From the NCBI GenBank assembly GCA_951406725.2, contig OX597814.1, positions 59,520,001 through 59,584,000 of the forward strand: 64,000 nt of DNA, written 5' to 3'. The notes under the pieces were generated by a model. That model was not told where the DNA came from. It saw only the letters and a list, made by a program, of their open reading frames with translations, and did not search any database. The position numbers and the translations under genes are program-made. Source of the stretch: Octopus vulgaris. Lineage: Eukaryota. Positions 1 through 14,664 of this stretch are shown one piece after another. Position 1 is the stretch's first letter; each line of letters begins with the position of its first letter.

Positions 1-81
<81 letters not shown>

Positions 82-110
82 GAATGGATGGATGGATGGA
101 TGGATGGATA
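1..110. repeat. (GATA)n then (GATG)n microsatellite
   Basis: Direct reading of tandem tetranucleotides. Confidence 0.97.
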
Positions 111-329
111 TACACACACAGACGCACGCACGTACAAAACACTTGTACTGTGGTAACACATGGAAATGGCGTTTCCTTATTTTTTCGTATATACCCAAAT
201 TTAAAATGATCTAATATAACGATATCATTCATCCAACATGTGTTGAAATATGCCAAAACCATTTCATTCCTCACAAATGTATGCTAGTGTACATATAGTG
301 TATGTGTTAATTCTATTTGCTGAAACTTG

Positions 330-1250
330 CTAAAAAGCATATTTTGCTTTAAAGTAGTATCTCCTTGTGGACATAATTGTCTGTAATCGGACCGTTTTCC
401 ATTTCTCTCAGCCAGTATTTTTACATTAGCCTTTTTAGAACTTTACATAATGCAACATACAGCTGACCATACGAGAAGAATTGTGTCGGAAGATTTATTC
501 CAATTTGTTCAAATGTCTGACCCCGTGCCTTGTTGCATGTCAAGTCAAAAGTTGCTTTGACAGAAAATTGCGTGTAAATGTAAATGAAAATTCCATTTGT
601 TGAGATACATGTGGCATTCTTGGGATTAGCAATGTCAATTCTGCATAAGGACCAGAAGCAATCTCAGCCTCAATATCATGTAAACTGACAATGATGTAGT
701 GTGTGCCATTGCAATGTCCAATAGTAGCATCTAAAGTCCTCAGATTAAGCAGCATTTTTTCTTCAGTTTGAGAATATGTGGTGGAAACCTTGATGGTGTA
801 AGTTTGCTGATGACTTCGATTGGGTATAGAGTTTCATTATCAGCTGTATTTGAGTTTCTGTATATTTTCAACTCATCAGGGATCCTGATCGACAGGAAAG
901 CATTTGTTGCAATAACAGTAGTTCTATTTGCAAGCCGCATATGGTATATGAAGTTATTTTCAGGGTCACCATGTACAAAATCACATGGATCTGAAACAAT
1001 ACCACTTTGAAGGCAAAGGTCATTAGGTAGTTTGGTTTTTTAATTCACCTCGGCTTTGTTCAACAGAAATGTTACCATTTCCTACATCAAGAAGGTAATT
1101 AGCAAACTATCTTTCATCAGAATTAACTTCTGTAATAAGTCTTAGATTGGTTATCAATTCCACTACTTCCACATGATTTCAAAGAAAAGATATCTTTAGT
1201 GTTGCATCAACAAACTGTGATCTGGCACGATTATTTTGAAGCAGAATATT
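330..1250 (-). pseudogene. Degenerate Helitron Rep/Hel PIF1-type helicase C-terminal fragment
   Basis: Minus-strand ORFs give YPIEVISKLTPSRFPPHILKLK, then MLLNLRTLD..GHCNGTHYII..EAEIASG..LLIPRMP..FSFTFTR. These match PIF1/Helitron helicase motifs. Frameshifted. A possible Helitron 5' end (TCTATACTATAAT) lies on the minus strand at ~2219. Confidence 0.85.
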
Positions 1251-2224
1251 CTCCTCTCGAGATTATTTAACCAGTCGGTCAAACGTAGCGGAAACAGAAT
1301 CATGTTTACGTCTCGGAGCATATTCAGACATCTGTTTCAGTTGTTTTGCCCTGGTTTTATCTGATTCAGTTGCCTATCTTTCTCTCTGCTGTTGTGCCTT
1401 TACTGCTAAATTTTCAGTTTCAGTCGCCTTTCTTTTTCGACGCACTATGTTGAATTGCAAAATTCAAAAATAATATTTGTGTGATAACGAAATTAAACCG
1501 GGAGTGTGTGCTTTTATATTAGAGAGACAGTGTGAGTGTGTTTGTGTGTGAGAGGGAGGCAGAAGAGAGAGAATATTGCAAACATTGAATGAAAATAAAC
1601 ATGAAATCAAAAATATCGTATAAGTGAAAACTCGTTAAAAACAGCCGCGATCACATAGTTATTATTGTAAAGATTATAGCGTTCCAAGCAACCAAACCAA
1701 CGAAATCACTTCTTCATTTAGAAAAGAAGAGAATTATTCCGGTATATTAATGAATTTTCATATTATTATAAATATTCATTTAACAAACTCCGGAAGCTGA
1801 TAATATTTTTGAAATTGTGCCTCGAGTCAAAATTATATGGCTATTATTAAATTATCATTATTGAAAATAGAAGCGAGCGAGAAAGAGTAAGTGTTGCAAA
1901 TGGGAACGTAAAATTTCACCTGCAGCGAATTAATATTGTTTATTATTAAGCATTACAATCTACTCCGCAGTGAATGCAATGAATATTTAAATTTATGAAT
2001 AAGTAGACACAGTGAATGCAATGAATATTTAAAATTGCGTAACATTGGAATTAAAAGAATTCAATAACCTTAAGAAATCGAAATTATAGGACGTTTCTTA
2101 GAACATGAGTTTAAAGAAACATTTCCAGACGGTCAAACTTTTGATATTGCTTTGTTTTCGTACTTTTATTAATTGTTACATACCTAATTAATAAACAGAT
2201 TTCTCCATTATAGTATAGAAGAAG

Positions 2225-2345
2225 ATGTACGCTGGGCGAAATACTTGACAAATTTTCGTTTCTCATTACGTTCTGAGTTCAGTTCCTTTGACTTTCCTTC
2301 TTCGCATTCGTTAACATAAGCGTGGATGTAATTGATTTAAACCTT
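2225..2345 (+). mobile_element. Degenerate SINE fragment (abundant family in this window)
   Basis: ctgggcgaaatac...acgttctgagttca...ttgactttcc matches the copies at 6795, 13640 and 47240. Confidence 0.55.
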
Positions 2346-2353
2346 CCACAAAA

Positions 2354-2416
<63 letters not shown>

Positions 2417-2482
2417 ATTATATATATACATATGTGCGTATGCGTGCATCTATGTGTGTGTCTTTGTGGATGTATGCATATA

Positions 2483-2726
2483 TATATAAGAATGTTTTGC
2501 TTAATATGATAAAAATCCAAGGCTGTGTAGATATTAGACCATTTATAGATAGAAGGTCTTACAGCTGTTTCTAGGCTATTCATTAATAATATCCCTTCAT
2601 CGGAGATGGTGAAGGGATATTATTAATAAATATCCGAGAAACAGCTGTAAGACCTTCTATCTATAAATGCTCCAATATCTACACAGCCTTGGGGTTTTAT
2701 CTTATTACGCAAAAAATTCTTATATA
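2483..2726. repeat. Imperfect ~240-bp palindrome (Penelope-type inverted terminal-repeat remnant)
   Basis: Arms ggctgtgtagatatt...ggtcttacagctgtttct...atcccttca and tgaagggat...agaaacagctgtaagacc...aatatctacacagcc are reverse complements. Confidence 0.85.
2556..2607 (-). ncRNA. Minimal hammerhead-like motif (variant core CCGAUGA)
   Basis: Minus strand: tct CCGATGAA gggata...tagcct a GAAA C AGCT G TA aga. Stem III (ACAGCTGT) is palindromic. Confidence 0.55.
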
Positions 2727-3221
2727 CACACGTTGACATAGCAGCAACGTTGAACCCTTTATTCGCAATATTACCGAATCTAGAACTTAACTATGGTATG
2801 TCTATAGCACTTATTCAGCATTACCTGATACCTTTGGGTCTCAATGACACCATTATCTCTTATAACCTCAATTTCTCGCTATATACATATATATATATAT
2901 ATATATATACAAAAATAAAAGCCAGGAACGTTTCTATATTTCCTCCTAAATGTGTATGTGTGTGTGTTTGTGTCTTTTCACCTATGTGATTGTTCGTTAA
3001 TGCGTTGGTACAATAATGAATTACACGTTTTTCATACAATACTGTACTCGAATTATGCAAATAGGCGAAGATAAGTCTAATAGATAATTATTTTATCAGG
3101 GATTCGAACGAAATTGTAATAGTATTCAGCTTAATTTGAAATAAGAGGAGGATAAGGGGAGAATATAGGGAAAGAAACAGCGGATGATTAAACCTTTAAA
3201 ATTATGTATCTTTCTATATAT

Positions 3222-3890
3222 ATAGGATCATCCCATAAATAATGCGTTTTTTTTAATTGCATGAACGGGATAAACTACCTGCATGAACTTGCTACAAAAG
3301 CAGGTAGTAATTCTACCTTCTCCTTATACTTTGTACAAGTTTGATTTTAACAGTTACTTTTTCAAAGCTTTATTAGAATTGATAAAGGAGCATGTTCGGC
3401 ATATTTTTTCTTTATGAGTTAAATAAAGGTAACAACTCAACAGAAAGGGCGAAGAATTTTCACGCAGCATATGGCAATCAGACATTAAGCGTAAGCCAGT
3501 GTCAACAGTGGTTCCAGAAATTACCAGCCGGAAACTACAACCTAGAAAACGAGCCTCGTCCTGGAAAATCTGTAGAGCTCGATGAGGGCATCATTCAACC
3601 ATTTATTGGTACCTGCGTACCATTGGAAAAGTTTCCAAATTGGGTCAATGTGTTCCTCACAAACTTTCCGAGTCTAATCGCGCGCAGAAAGTGAGTGTGT
3701 GCTCTTTTTTGGTTCCACGAATGAACTTTTTGGGGACCAAATAGTGACTTGTGAAGAGATGTGGGTTCTCTGTAAATATGTTGAATGTCGAAGACAGTGG
3801 GTAAGAAAAGGAGAAACAACGGTACCTCAGGCTAAATGTTTTCATAGACGTGTTATCTATTTGGTGGGATATGAAGGGTTTAGTCATAGG
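3222..3890 (+). mobile_element. Degenerate mariner transposon (Mos1/SETMAR-like transposase, N-terminal part)
   Basis: FLYELNKGNNSTERAKNFHAAYGNQTLSVSQCQQWFQK..GNYNLENEPRPGKS is a mariner HTH. DQIVTCEEMWVL resembles IVTGDEKW, and MLSIWWDMKG is present. Truncated by (TATG)n. Confidence 0.9.
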
Positions 3891-4332
3891 TTTATGTATG
3901 TATGCATGTATGCATGTATGTATGTATGTATGTATGTATGTATGTATGTATGTATGTATGTATGTATGTATGTATGTATGTATGTACATAAATGTGCGTA
4001 TATACCTTCAGATAAATATGTGTAAATTTATATATATCGTCATATACATATATACATTTGTATTTGTGTGTATACATGTGTGTGTGCCTGTGTCTGTGTG
4101 TGTGTGTGTTTTCACACACACATTCATATGTACACCCAGATACTGGTTGAATGTAGAAGATAAAGAGATGTATGGTGCGATACACGAAACAGTAAATTGT
4201 GTTAAATACCCACAATGTTTGATCATTTATGGCAGCATGCTGGGCGAGAAGAATGATGTTTTTATTTAATATACTGTGGAGGGATGAATAGCTGACATTG
4301 GAAACGTTTATGAAATCTTCAAAGTCAAATAA

Positions 4333-4404
<72 letters not shown>

Positions 4405-5521
4405 TTTATTGTACCATACATTACTTATGCAACAAAAGAGTAGTCTGTTCCATTTTTACAGGAATGTGTGTACAAGGCCGAAGTTATTAAACCAATCCCT
4501 ATGAATCTTTAAGAATAACAGGTACATGCTACGTTGATAGAAGTATATACTTATTAGAAATTCTTGTTGGTTGTATTCGTTTCTTTCCTATTTCCTCTGT
4601 TGTACAAATTGTATTTCTTTACAATGTAGTAGAAATATGCATGCCATGTCAAAATAACCTAGTTCCTTCCCGTTGTTTAGGTTGTAGATCATATAAGACT
4701 ATAAAAATATGAAAGGATGTTTTTCAAATATTTTCGCACATTTTGTGCGTATACAAATCCAGCGTGCATTACTTTCTCACCTATGGTTCATTAGTTGACA
4801 TGAAAGAATTATTTCAACAGCATACATTTCATTTGTGTTACTGATCATGAGAAGGCTTTGGTATACTTTCTTGTGAAGAAAATCACATGGTGTTTCAACA
4901 AGGAAGTAATGTCTTTTGAAGTAACGTTTTCTCTAATAACTAAGATAACAGAAAACAATCTTCATTTCGTCATTCGCAAACGTGTATGTCGTTGTAATAT
5001 GCAGATAGACAAACATTTTACAGAAGGGTGCACAACATACAGAACAGAAATAATAACAACTATTTTTATCACAGAGGAAAGCGAAAATATCTGTTGGTAG
5101 CACATAGTCACATTAACGATCAGATCACAGAGATTATCGGCTTCGTAGGTAAGAAAAGCGAACAAGCTCGTGGTTTTTTAAATCAATAAAGAAAGTAACA
5201 TTACTAAATATGGGTCTCAAATTCTGGTAGAAGGCCAGTAGTTTTAGGGGATGAGATCAAATTATTTATCAATAATAAACGCGTCTGAAACGGCTGTAGT
5301 AAACCTTTAATGCATTTCTATTCGTATTTATGCAAACACCATACCCGAAACCTTCACTATGTTCGATCTGGAATTTACATTGGATCTTGAAATTGCATTC
5401 GAGTGTGCATGGGTATATACGAATGTGTTTGTTTGAGGCATATACGTTCATGTGCAGATTAGTTTGTTGTCCTGAATATTAAAATATCTTGATTCAAATG
5501 AATCCTAGAAATAATTAATAT

Positions 5522-5618
<97 letters not shown>

Positions 5619-6794
5619 TGAGTGAGCGGGAGAGAGTGAAGGAGAGAGAGATACACTGAGACAGTTAGATGAATGTATGTGTGTATGCGTGTGTAATTCA
5701 TTATATACGTAAGCAAATAAATTTTGGAAAAAATATAGAAAAGACAGTTGTCGTATGGAAAATGTCAAGAATTTATGGTTATATATTAAAAAAAATATGT
5801 CAGCAAATGTTTTGATGCGAGCATTTTAAAGATATCTTTCCTCGTTAGTCTCGATATTACCAATAAAACTCTCTTTTAAATATACAATATTATATATATT
5901 TTCTTAAATTTGTTGACAAGCAGTAAATAATTACCCATGAAATTTTGTTATTTGGAATATAGCTGTTTATAGCCGTGTTAGTCAACAAATAAATACAAAC
6001 GGTATATATTACATTCACCGCAAATATTGAACTCAAGTTGATTTTCTTTTTTTTATCAGAAAACGTTTTTTTTAATAATCGACTGCCCTCATTGACAGCA
6101 TTAATGTTACTGAGCTAGCAAGAAAGCGATGCAGAATTTGAACTCGGAAATAATATGATGAATTTGCGTTCTAAAAATAATTGTATGCGGCTGCTTTCTA
6201 ATTTGACGTCATCTAGTAGAAAATGAAATTGGATTTAATTATTGAAAGATCAAAGATCATATTCATATTTGATTGCTTTTAATATATATATTATTAAATG
6301 TCGCAACCACTTTCAATCGACCTATCGAAATTTTCGGGTTTTTTCCCCATTTATAACTCGCCATTTTAATGAGAGACATTTAAATTCAGAGAAATATTTG
6401 TATTAACAAACAGAATTGGGTAAGACACCAGATTTTGTCTGAGAATGAACAAAAGAATACTCTCTCATTTATGTTTATCATTATAAAATAGATTATGAAA
6501 CCATACAGGATGATGTAATATTGGAAGTTATCGCAGTTTTATTAATTAGATAGCAAAGAATATTGCTGTGAAAAATAACTTCTTTTAAATGAATTTGCAT
6601 GCCCGCATTTAATATTGGTTTCAAATTTTGGTTCAAGACCAGCAATTTCGGGGACAGGGTTAATTCGATCAATCGACCCTATAGATCCGAATAAGTACCA
6701 CTTGATTCCTGGGGTTCATGTAATCTATCACTCTGTTCCGCAATATTGCCGGCATTGTGCCCAGGTATGAACCCAATGTTACAGTCATTATCCA

Positions 6795-7010
6795 AGGTGG
6801 CTAGCCGACAGAATCGTTAGTAAGCATGGTAAATTGCTTAGCGGCATTTTGTCAGTCATTTTGTTCTGGGTTCAAATTATGTCGACTTGGACTTTCTTTC
6901 ATTTGGGGCTGGTAAAATAAGTACCAGGTAAACTCTGGAGTCAATTAAAACGACCTAAGACCTTCCCCGAAATTTCTGGTCTTGTGCCAAAGTTTGTACC
7001 CAATATTATA
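6795..7010 (+). mobile_element. tRNA-like SINE copy
   Basis: aaggtggctagccgacagaatcgttag...B-box-like gggttcaaatt...aaataagtaccag. Repeated elsewhere in the window, with related pieces at 6620-6780 and 7345-7465. Confidence 0.7.
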
Positions 7011-7849
7011 ATCATTAAGGCTAATTTACATGCGCATGCACATACTTGAAAAGCATAAATTGCATACACAAATCTACATACGTACATACACACATGTATT
7101 TGTGCATTATTTGTGTGTGTATGAGAGTGTGCGTGTGTGTGTGTGTAGTGAGAGAGAAACAATCGTAAAATCACGAAATATATGAAGCGAAGTATATCTG
7201 ATGTAAAAAAGGAATATATAAGAGCATAAAATTCCCCGATATTACTCTCACTGACACCACCATCGTATATGTTACCGATTTAGCTAACATTCAGGACGAT
7301 ATTTCTCTTTTTCTATTTTACACAGTTAATATAACATTGGAATTCCAGGATCGACTTTGCCTTTATCCTTCTCTAGTCGACAAAATAGGTAACAGCTGTG
7401 TACTGGGGTGATGTAATTCACTTACCCTCAACCACAATTCCTGACTTTGTGCCAAAATTTGAAACCTATATAAGTTTGGGACCCTGATTTGATTTTCAAT
7501 AAAAATCATTTAATTCTTTTAATTTCTATATGAATAGGATTTTATTGTATAATACTGAACTTATGTACACGCTGCAGTTTATATGACGACTTCTAAAATA
7601 GTAACTTCAGTGAGCTGCAATAATGGTCATATTGATATCGGAACGCTGGAAGAAAAATTTTAATGCAAATATAATAACAATCTTTCGAAGTTTGGGTACC
7701 GTGATAGGATACAATCAACAACACTTTCTGATTTAGTCAGGAAACTTAAAGACAATGAAACCAATTTCTACAAATCCTAATCCAGACCATATATTAACGG
7801 GTATAAAGATGTTTCGTATGTTCTCTTGAGAAACTGTATTACTTAAATA

Positions 7850-8220
7850 ACTTCATGTAACAATAGCAACAGATGACAATGTTTCGCTAAAAGAAACGGA
7901 GAAATCATCAAAATACAAAGATCTGGAAATAGAGGTAACTCGGATGTGGAGTCTAAAAACAGGAATTATTCCTATCATTGTAGGCGCATTAGGTATGATA
8001 AAAAAAACATTCATACAAATACATAACAAAGACAACAGGACTAACAAGTATATTTAACATATAGGAAATAGCAATAATGGGCACCGCACACATCCTACGT
8101 AAAACACTTTCAATATAATAACAATAACAGCATCACTACAAACCACAGTACATACCCAAGGCACACAGAGCTGCACTCGGTAGTGCAGTGAAAGCGTCCA
8201 ATAAATATATGACTACTGAA
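7850..8220 (+). mobile_element. 3' fragment of R4/Dong-like non-LTR retrotransposon
   Basis: Translates to SKYKDLEIEVTRMWSLKT..IPIIVGALGMIKK...MGTAHILRKTLS*, homologous to the C-terminus of the 18-20 kb ORF. The 3' UTR runs into (TAA)n. Confidence 0.85.
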
Positions 8221-8380
8221 TAATAATAACATTAACAACAACAATAACAACAGCAATAATAATAGCAATAATGATAATAATAATGATAATAATAATAACA
8301 ACAGCAATAATAATAGCAATAATGACAATAATTATGATAATAATAATAACAATAGTAATAATAATGATAGTAATAATAAT

Positions 8381-8425
<45 letters not shown>

Positions 8426-8540
8426 CATAATCATAATCATAATCATAACCATAATAATAATAATAATAATAATGATGATGATGATGATAATGATGACCAC
8501 GACGACGACGACGATGACGATGACGATGACGATGATGATA

Positions 8541-8587
<47 letters not shown>

Positions 8588-8605
8588 AATAATAATAATA
8601 ACAAC
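8220..8605. repeat. Compound (TAA)n/(TGA)n/(CGA)n microsatellite
   Basis: Direct reading. Confidence 0.95.
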
Positions 8606-8792
8606 AATACCAAATAGCAGGCAGCGAATATCAAGCAGCAGAGACGAGTGACAGTGAGATGCCGGGAAGATAGATCAAATCTGAAACCATCACGAAGCAG
8701 AAATTAAGAATCTCCATAAACAATGAAACAATGGAAGAAAGCTATGTCTTAATGTATGCTACCTCAGGAAATAAAATTTCTTTTTGTATGGA

Positions 8793-8821
<29 letters not shown>

Positions 8822-8828
<7 letters not shown>

Positions 8829-8878
8829 ATAATAAAATATTAGGGAATAAATCCAAACTTACAGGGAAATATAAATAC

Positions 8879-8922
<44 letters not shown>

Positions 8923-8938
8923 GCATATACATATACAT

Positions 8939-8990
<52 letters not shown>

Positions 8991-9030
8991 GTATTTATAT
9001 TTCCCTGTAAGTTTGGATATATTCCCTAAT

Positions 9031-9047
<17 letters not shown>
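8822..9047. repeat. ~55-bp inverted repeats flanking a (TA)n tract
   Basis: aatattagggaataaatccaaacttacagggaaatataaatac and gtatttatatttccctgtaagtttggatatattccctaatatt are reverse complements. Confidence 0.85.
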
Positions 9048-9078
<31 letters not shown>

Positions 9079-9234
9079 AGAAATACCTTCCCCTAGATAA
9101 ACCGCCCCAGCAACATATAAACAGATGTGCGTAAAAATGTAAACACTGCAATATTTCTATCCGAAAACTGCAGTAAAACTGTAAAATTTAATATTTAAAT
9201 GTTAATTACTTATACATCCATATTTTTACAAGAC

Positions 9235-9401
<167 letters not shown>

Positions 9402-9969
9402 ATATATATATATATGTTTATATATATATATATATATAAGCACATTGCTGTTTCTTTTCGGTCTCTCGCTGATACATCAAATTCAATAATAATTATAAGT
9501 ACGAAGGAAACATCAACACACGTCTATAGGGGGTGTTCTGTTAAAAAAGTAAGCGCTGTAAAAACGATCCCGTAACATGAAAAACAACCAAATTGAGAAA
9601 GAGCGCTGTGCAGATAAATATAAATACAAGGAAATAGTTGATTTATGATTTATACACACTACTATGCAACACCTCTCGAAATCAACATACAGGAATAAGC
9701 CGCCCAAAACCTAAACGCTTACCCATAATAGCCAACAAAATGAACAAACCCCACAACAGGTGCCATAGAAGGCCGATACCCGACAGAAGAACATAACATG
9801 CACTACACAAACAATACCAATAGAAAAACTAATACAACAGAAGACTTAAACCCATAACAAAATATAATGATCCAATAAAAGGCACCCCCCCCCAAAAAAA
9901 AGGTAGCACACACACCACCTACCAGCACAAAGGTGCAATAAATGATGCAATAGAAAGTTGCTTGAAACT

Positions 9970-12900
9970 ATCAGATGTCGGAAAATGATAGTGGTGATAT
10001 CTTTGGTGATGAACGTTACCTTACTTCAGTATATGAGAGACATGAGCTTCTGAAGTAATTCTGGTTGTTATAGCGAAAATGGAGCTGGACCTTTAGGGGA
10101 GGCCTCTCGCTCGGCAGTCGTTCAGTAAAGATGCAGACTGACCACAGCTGTTATCTAAATAAGGCATCACTAGATAATACAGCAAGGAGGAGGAAGTGGA
10201 CTAGCGAAGAAAACAGGGTAGTGATGCAGTGCTACTTAGAAAGTGAACCTAAAAGAAGTGGCTATAAAAAACGGATGTTAACATTTTGGGTAGAGACGGG
10301 TATGTTTAAAGTGACGGAGGAAAGACTAGTACATCAAGTTAATGCTGAAGAGACGAAAGTGGATGACAGAATTGGAGGTAGGAGAAATCACAACAGAACT
10401 GAAAAAAAGACCAGGCAGTAGGAAAGACAAGCAACAACATAAGAGATACAACTCAAACCAAAGAACATGAAGGAAAAATAATAATAGCGCTACTAATAAG
10501 GAGGAAACGACTGACACCATCGACATAAGTGATTTAAGTGAGGAAGATCAGAAGATTTTAGCTGAGTTTCAGGAAATAATGAGTAAAGAAGTAAGAAAAA
10601 GATTGCCAGTATTAAAAGGCACTAACAGAAGGAAGCTTCTAGAAATGATTAGGAAAGTAGATTATGTTATCAGTACTAAAAACATAGGAGACACTAACTT
10701 ATTGATCTATACAGGAGGGGAATTAGTCGCTACAAGATCAGATATCTCACAGGGAAAGATTAAAAAAGAGCAAATGTGGAAAAAGAGATTACAAAATAAA
10801 GTGAAGACAAGATCTGAGTAGAATAGACGCCTGGAAATTGAACAAGTTAGGAAACACATTATCAAATTCTTCCCTTGAGAAAAGATACTTAGTGAAAGAG
10901 AAAAGATTTAGGACAGTAGTAGAATAGTTGACATTCTTCTATCATGGTAGTGACGTAGTAGTATCATAGTATCATAGTAGTGACAGGCAACTTCTCCAGA
11001 TAGCTGCAAAGAATAGATCAGTATCAACAGAATAAATTATTTGAAATAGACCAGAGGGGATTTTATAACCAAATATATAGTAGAGAAAGAAGTACTGAAG
11101 ATGAGAAACCTAATGCAGAAGAAGCAACAAAGTTCTGAAGTAAGATGTGGGATAAGACAGTCAGTCATAATGGAGTTGCAATATGACTAAAGAAAGTGAG
11201 GAAAGAAGTAGTGAGTGTGAAGCTGCCAGGTGTAAGACTAACTAGTGCATTAATGGGTAAAGTATTAGGAAAATTGCCGAATTGGAAGGCCCAGCACCAG
11301 ATCTATTTCAAGGGTACTGGTTAAAGGAATTTAGTTTACGTGAAAGGTCGGGGAAACAACTTCAGCTTTGCCTTAATAAAGGAATAATAACAGATTGGAT
11401 CACTAGAGGAAGGGGAGAGCACATTATGAATGATAAGAACAAGGGAAACACAGCTAGCATCTATAGACCATTCACTTGAATACCATGAGTGTGGAAACTG
11501 TTATCTGGAATGCTTTCAGAAAGCATTTACGAGTACCTTGACAATCAGAATTTACTGCCTTAAGAAGAGAAAGGTTGCAGGAAGAAGGCTAAAGGAACGC
11601 ATAAGTTAATATACATAAACAAAGCAATTCTAAATGAAGTAAAGGCTAGAATAAAAAGTCAAACATTAGCATGGGAACATTATTGGATAGCCTATGACAT
11701 GATCCTACACTCACGGATAGCGATTGTGTGAGTATATTCAGTATAGCAGACAACATAAGAGAATTAATTAGTTTTAGCTTGGAAAAAAGGAAAGTAGATC
11801 ACTACTCAGGTGACACAGTCTTAGGGAATGTTAATATCAAAAAAGGAATTTTTCAGGGGGGACACGTTGTCTCCTTTGATATTTTGTTTTATGTTTGATC
11901 CCCCGTCAGTTGAATATTAAGGAAAGCAAAGGCAGAAATAGTAAGATTAATCTTCTGCTCTACATGGCTTTGTAGTAAAAATGAAAACGAGAGATACCGT
12001 AATGCAGACTGTAAGAACCTTCAGCAAAGATATAGGCATGTAACTTGGCATAAATAAGTGGCAATATTAGTCATGAGAAGAGGACAGGTAGACAATAGCG
12101 AAGGCATCCAATTAACCGATGGGCAGACATTAAAACCATTGAAAGGAGGAGGGAGTTATAAGTATCTAGGAGTATTAAAATCTGACACAGTACTAACTAT
12201 AGAAATGAAGACGAAAATTGCAGAAGTAGTACATCTGAATGGTGAGGAGGCTAATGCCGCTAAAAGCCCCGAATGTAGCAAAGGCTGTAAAAAATACTTG
12301 TGTAGTATTATTACTTAGATACTCAGCAGCTTTTGTAGATTGGACAAAAACTGAATAAGCAATGCTAGACAGAACTAGTAATTCAATATGAATGGAAGAC
12401 TTCACCGAAGATCAGGAGTAGCAAGATTATGCTTACTTTGAAAAGAAGGTGGAAGAGACTTTATAACAATAGAAGACTGTATGGAATTAGCTAAAGTGAA
12501 CATAAACTTCTAAATAGTTATTAAAGCTTCTAGAGTCACAGCAAGACATAGGGAAACCAAAATATCAAACTAACACAAAAACCGGAAAACTGAACAGAAA
12601 TTACCTGACTGGGAGGAGAAAGTTTTGCATGGTAGATTCCCAAAGATGTTTGCAGCAAATAATAGTAGTGAGACATGGTTGTGGTTGCAGAAAGGAAAGC
12701 TGAAAAGGGAGGTAGAGAGATTGTTAGTAGCAGCAGAGGATCAAGCATTTAGGACCAATTCGTTAAAAGCCAACATAGACAAAGACCAGGTAAATCCCTA
12801 ATGTAGGCTATACAAATCAAAATAGGAAAGTGTTACTCTCAGAGTGAATGAATGTAGCATTCGGACACAGAAAGAATACAAGAAACGACATGATAATCTA

Positions 12901-13045
12901 CGGAGAGTAATCCACTGAGAATTATTTAGAAAGCTAGGATTTGACCTTACTGATAAATGATATGAACATGAACCTAGTAAACTACTAAAAAGTAAGAAAT
13001 ACAAGATGGTGTTGGACTTTAACGTTCAGACCGACAGACTGACAA
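9970..13045 (+). mobile_element. Near full-length but decayed R4/Dong-clade non-LTR retrotransposon
   Basis: N-terminal RRKWTSEENRVVMQCYLESEPKRSGYKKRM. RT pieces PDLFQGYWLK, YRPFT, GIFQG, SYKYLGVL. Zinc-knuckle region CRL..KKRHD. Many stops and frameshifts. Confidence 0.88.
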
Positions 13046-13049
13046 CTTG

Positions 13050-13560
13050 TCATAGGATGCCCTGTGCTGACACCAAACGAATACAGACATCGTCTCGTTA
13101 GGGTAGGACAGTATTTACATTGGAAAATAAGTATACACTACAAAACAGCATTCCGGCTTACTGGTATCAACATCATCCTGAGCCAGTCGTTGAATGTGAA
13201 AATTCCGCTGTCCTCTGGGATTTTCCAGAACGATCCAGGCTAATCGACCAGACATAATTATTAAAGACAGGGAAGAGAACACTTGCATGCTAATAGATGT
13301 ATGTGTTCCTACTGATAAATATTCGTGAAATGGAATTTGACAAATTATGTAAATATAAAGACCTGGAAATTGAAATACAAAACGATGTGGCATCTTAAAG
13401 CGAGAACTGTCGCTGTTATTGTAGATGCCCTAGGTATGATAAAAAAAGGGGATGCCGGAAATATCTAGATAAGATCCCAGGAGAACAATGTCTCAGAGAA
13501 ATCCAAAAGATTGTGCTGACAATTACTGCCCACATCCTTATAGAAACTTTTCCCTTTAAA
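13050..13560 (+). mobile_element. Separate 3' fragment of an R4/Dong-like element (restriction-like endonuclease domain)
   Basis: YLHWKI..WYQHHPEPVVECEN..LWDF..IQANRPDIIIKDREENTCMLIDVCVP..KYKDLEIEI. Confidence 0.8.
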
Positions 13561-13639
13561 TGTCCGTGTTGTATTACATGAAGATATTTCGTTACAGCCC
13601 CCTCCACTTCTACTCTGAGTACAAGGCGTGGAATTTTGG

Positions 13640-13816
13640 TGGAGGGTGATTTTCGATTACATCGATCCAAGTCCGTAACTGATACTGATTTCATCGAAAC
13701 CGAAATGACGAAAGGCAAAGTTGACCTCGGCGGAACTTGAAATTAGAACGAAAGAACGGACGAGTTGTCCTGAGCATTTTGCGCGGCGTCGAACGTTTCT
13801 GTCAGCTCGCCGCCTT
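13640..13816 (-). mobile_element. tRNA-like SINE copy (reverse orientation)
   Basis: gaaaggcaaagttgacctcggcggaacttgaa...gtttctgtcagctcgccgcctt is the reverse complement of the family at 6795 and 47240. Confidence 0.75.
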
Positions 13817-13818
13817 AT

Positions 13819-13942
<124 letters not shown>

Positions 13943-13948
13943 TAGAAG

Positions 13949-14445
13949 TGTTATCATGTACATTGTTTTGTCTTGGTATAAAAGATGGGCTACAGCAAAT
14001 ATTCTGCTCAATACCACAGATTTGCTTGTCAGTTGTTTGACCTTAACCAGTTGAGCATGTCCCTTAGTGGCTGACGATATGTGCATCTCTGATCACGAGC
14101 AGAAGTAGTGGGGGAGCATCATAGCCATGTGTTGAGAGGGATTCTTTGGGATTTGAATAGTTCACCTCTGGAAACATGGGTGGTTCTTTCAACATCCTTA
14201 AACAACCCTTATTCAGGGACCGTTTGAGCAGGATGGGCTACTCAAAATGAAGAAAATTCTAACTGGGCCCCACCTGCAAGGTCATGTGCTGTTTATCTTG
14301 ATATGAGATCACCATGTCGCGCACATATGGTTGTGATGCATGTGCCTGGTGTACCTTTATCAGACGGGTAGTCATGATGGGTATATTGGGCTTCGTATAT
14401 TTTACCCCAGTGTCACTTTGATGGCATGAACTGCTCTCTCACTCA
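13949..14445 (+). mobile_element. ~500-bp non-coding retroposed insertion in a (TAA)n array
   Basis: Flanked by a duplicated aataataataattagaag (ending at 13948 and 14465). Ends ctctctcactcaataataat. Confidence 0.7.
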
Positions 14446-14519
14446 ATAATAATAATAATTAGAAGGATGAAGAGATGATGTGATGATGATGATAACAACA
14501 GAAAAGGAGCAACACCAGC

Positions 14520-14555
14520 AGCAGCAACAGCAGCAGTAGCAGCAGCAGCAGTAGC

Positions 14556-14587
<32 letters not shown>

Positions 14588-14588
14588 C

Positions 14589-14664
<76 letters not shown>

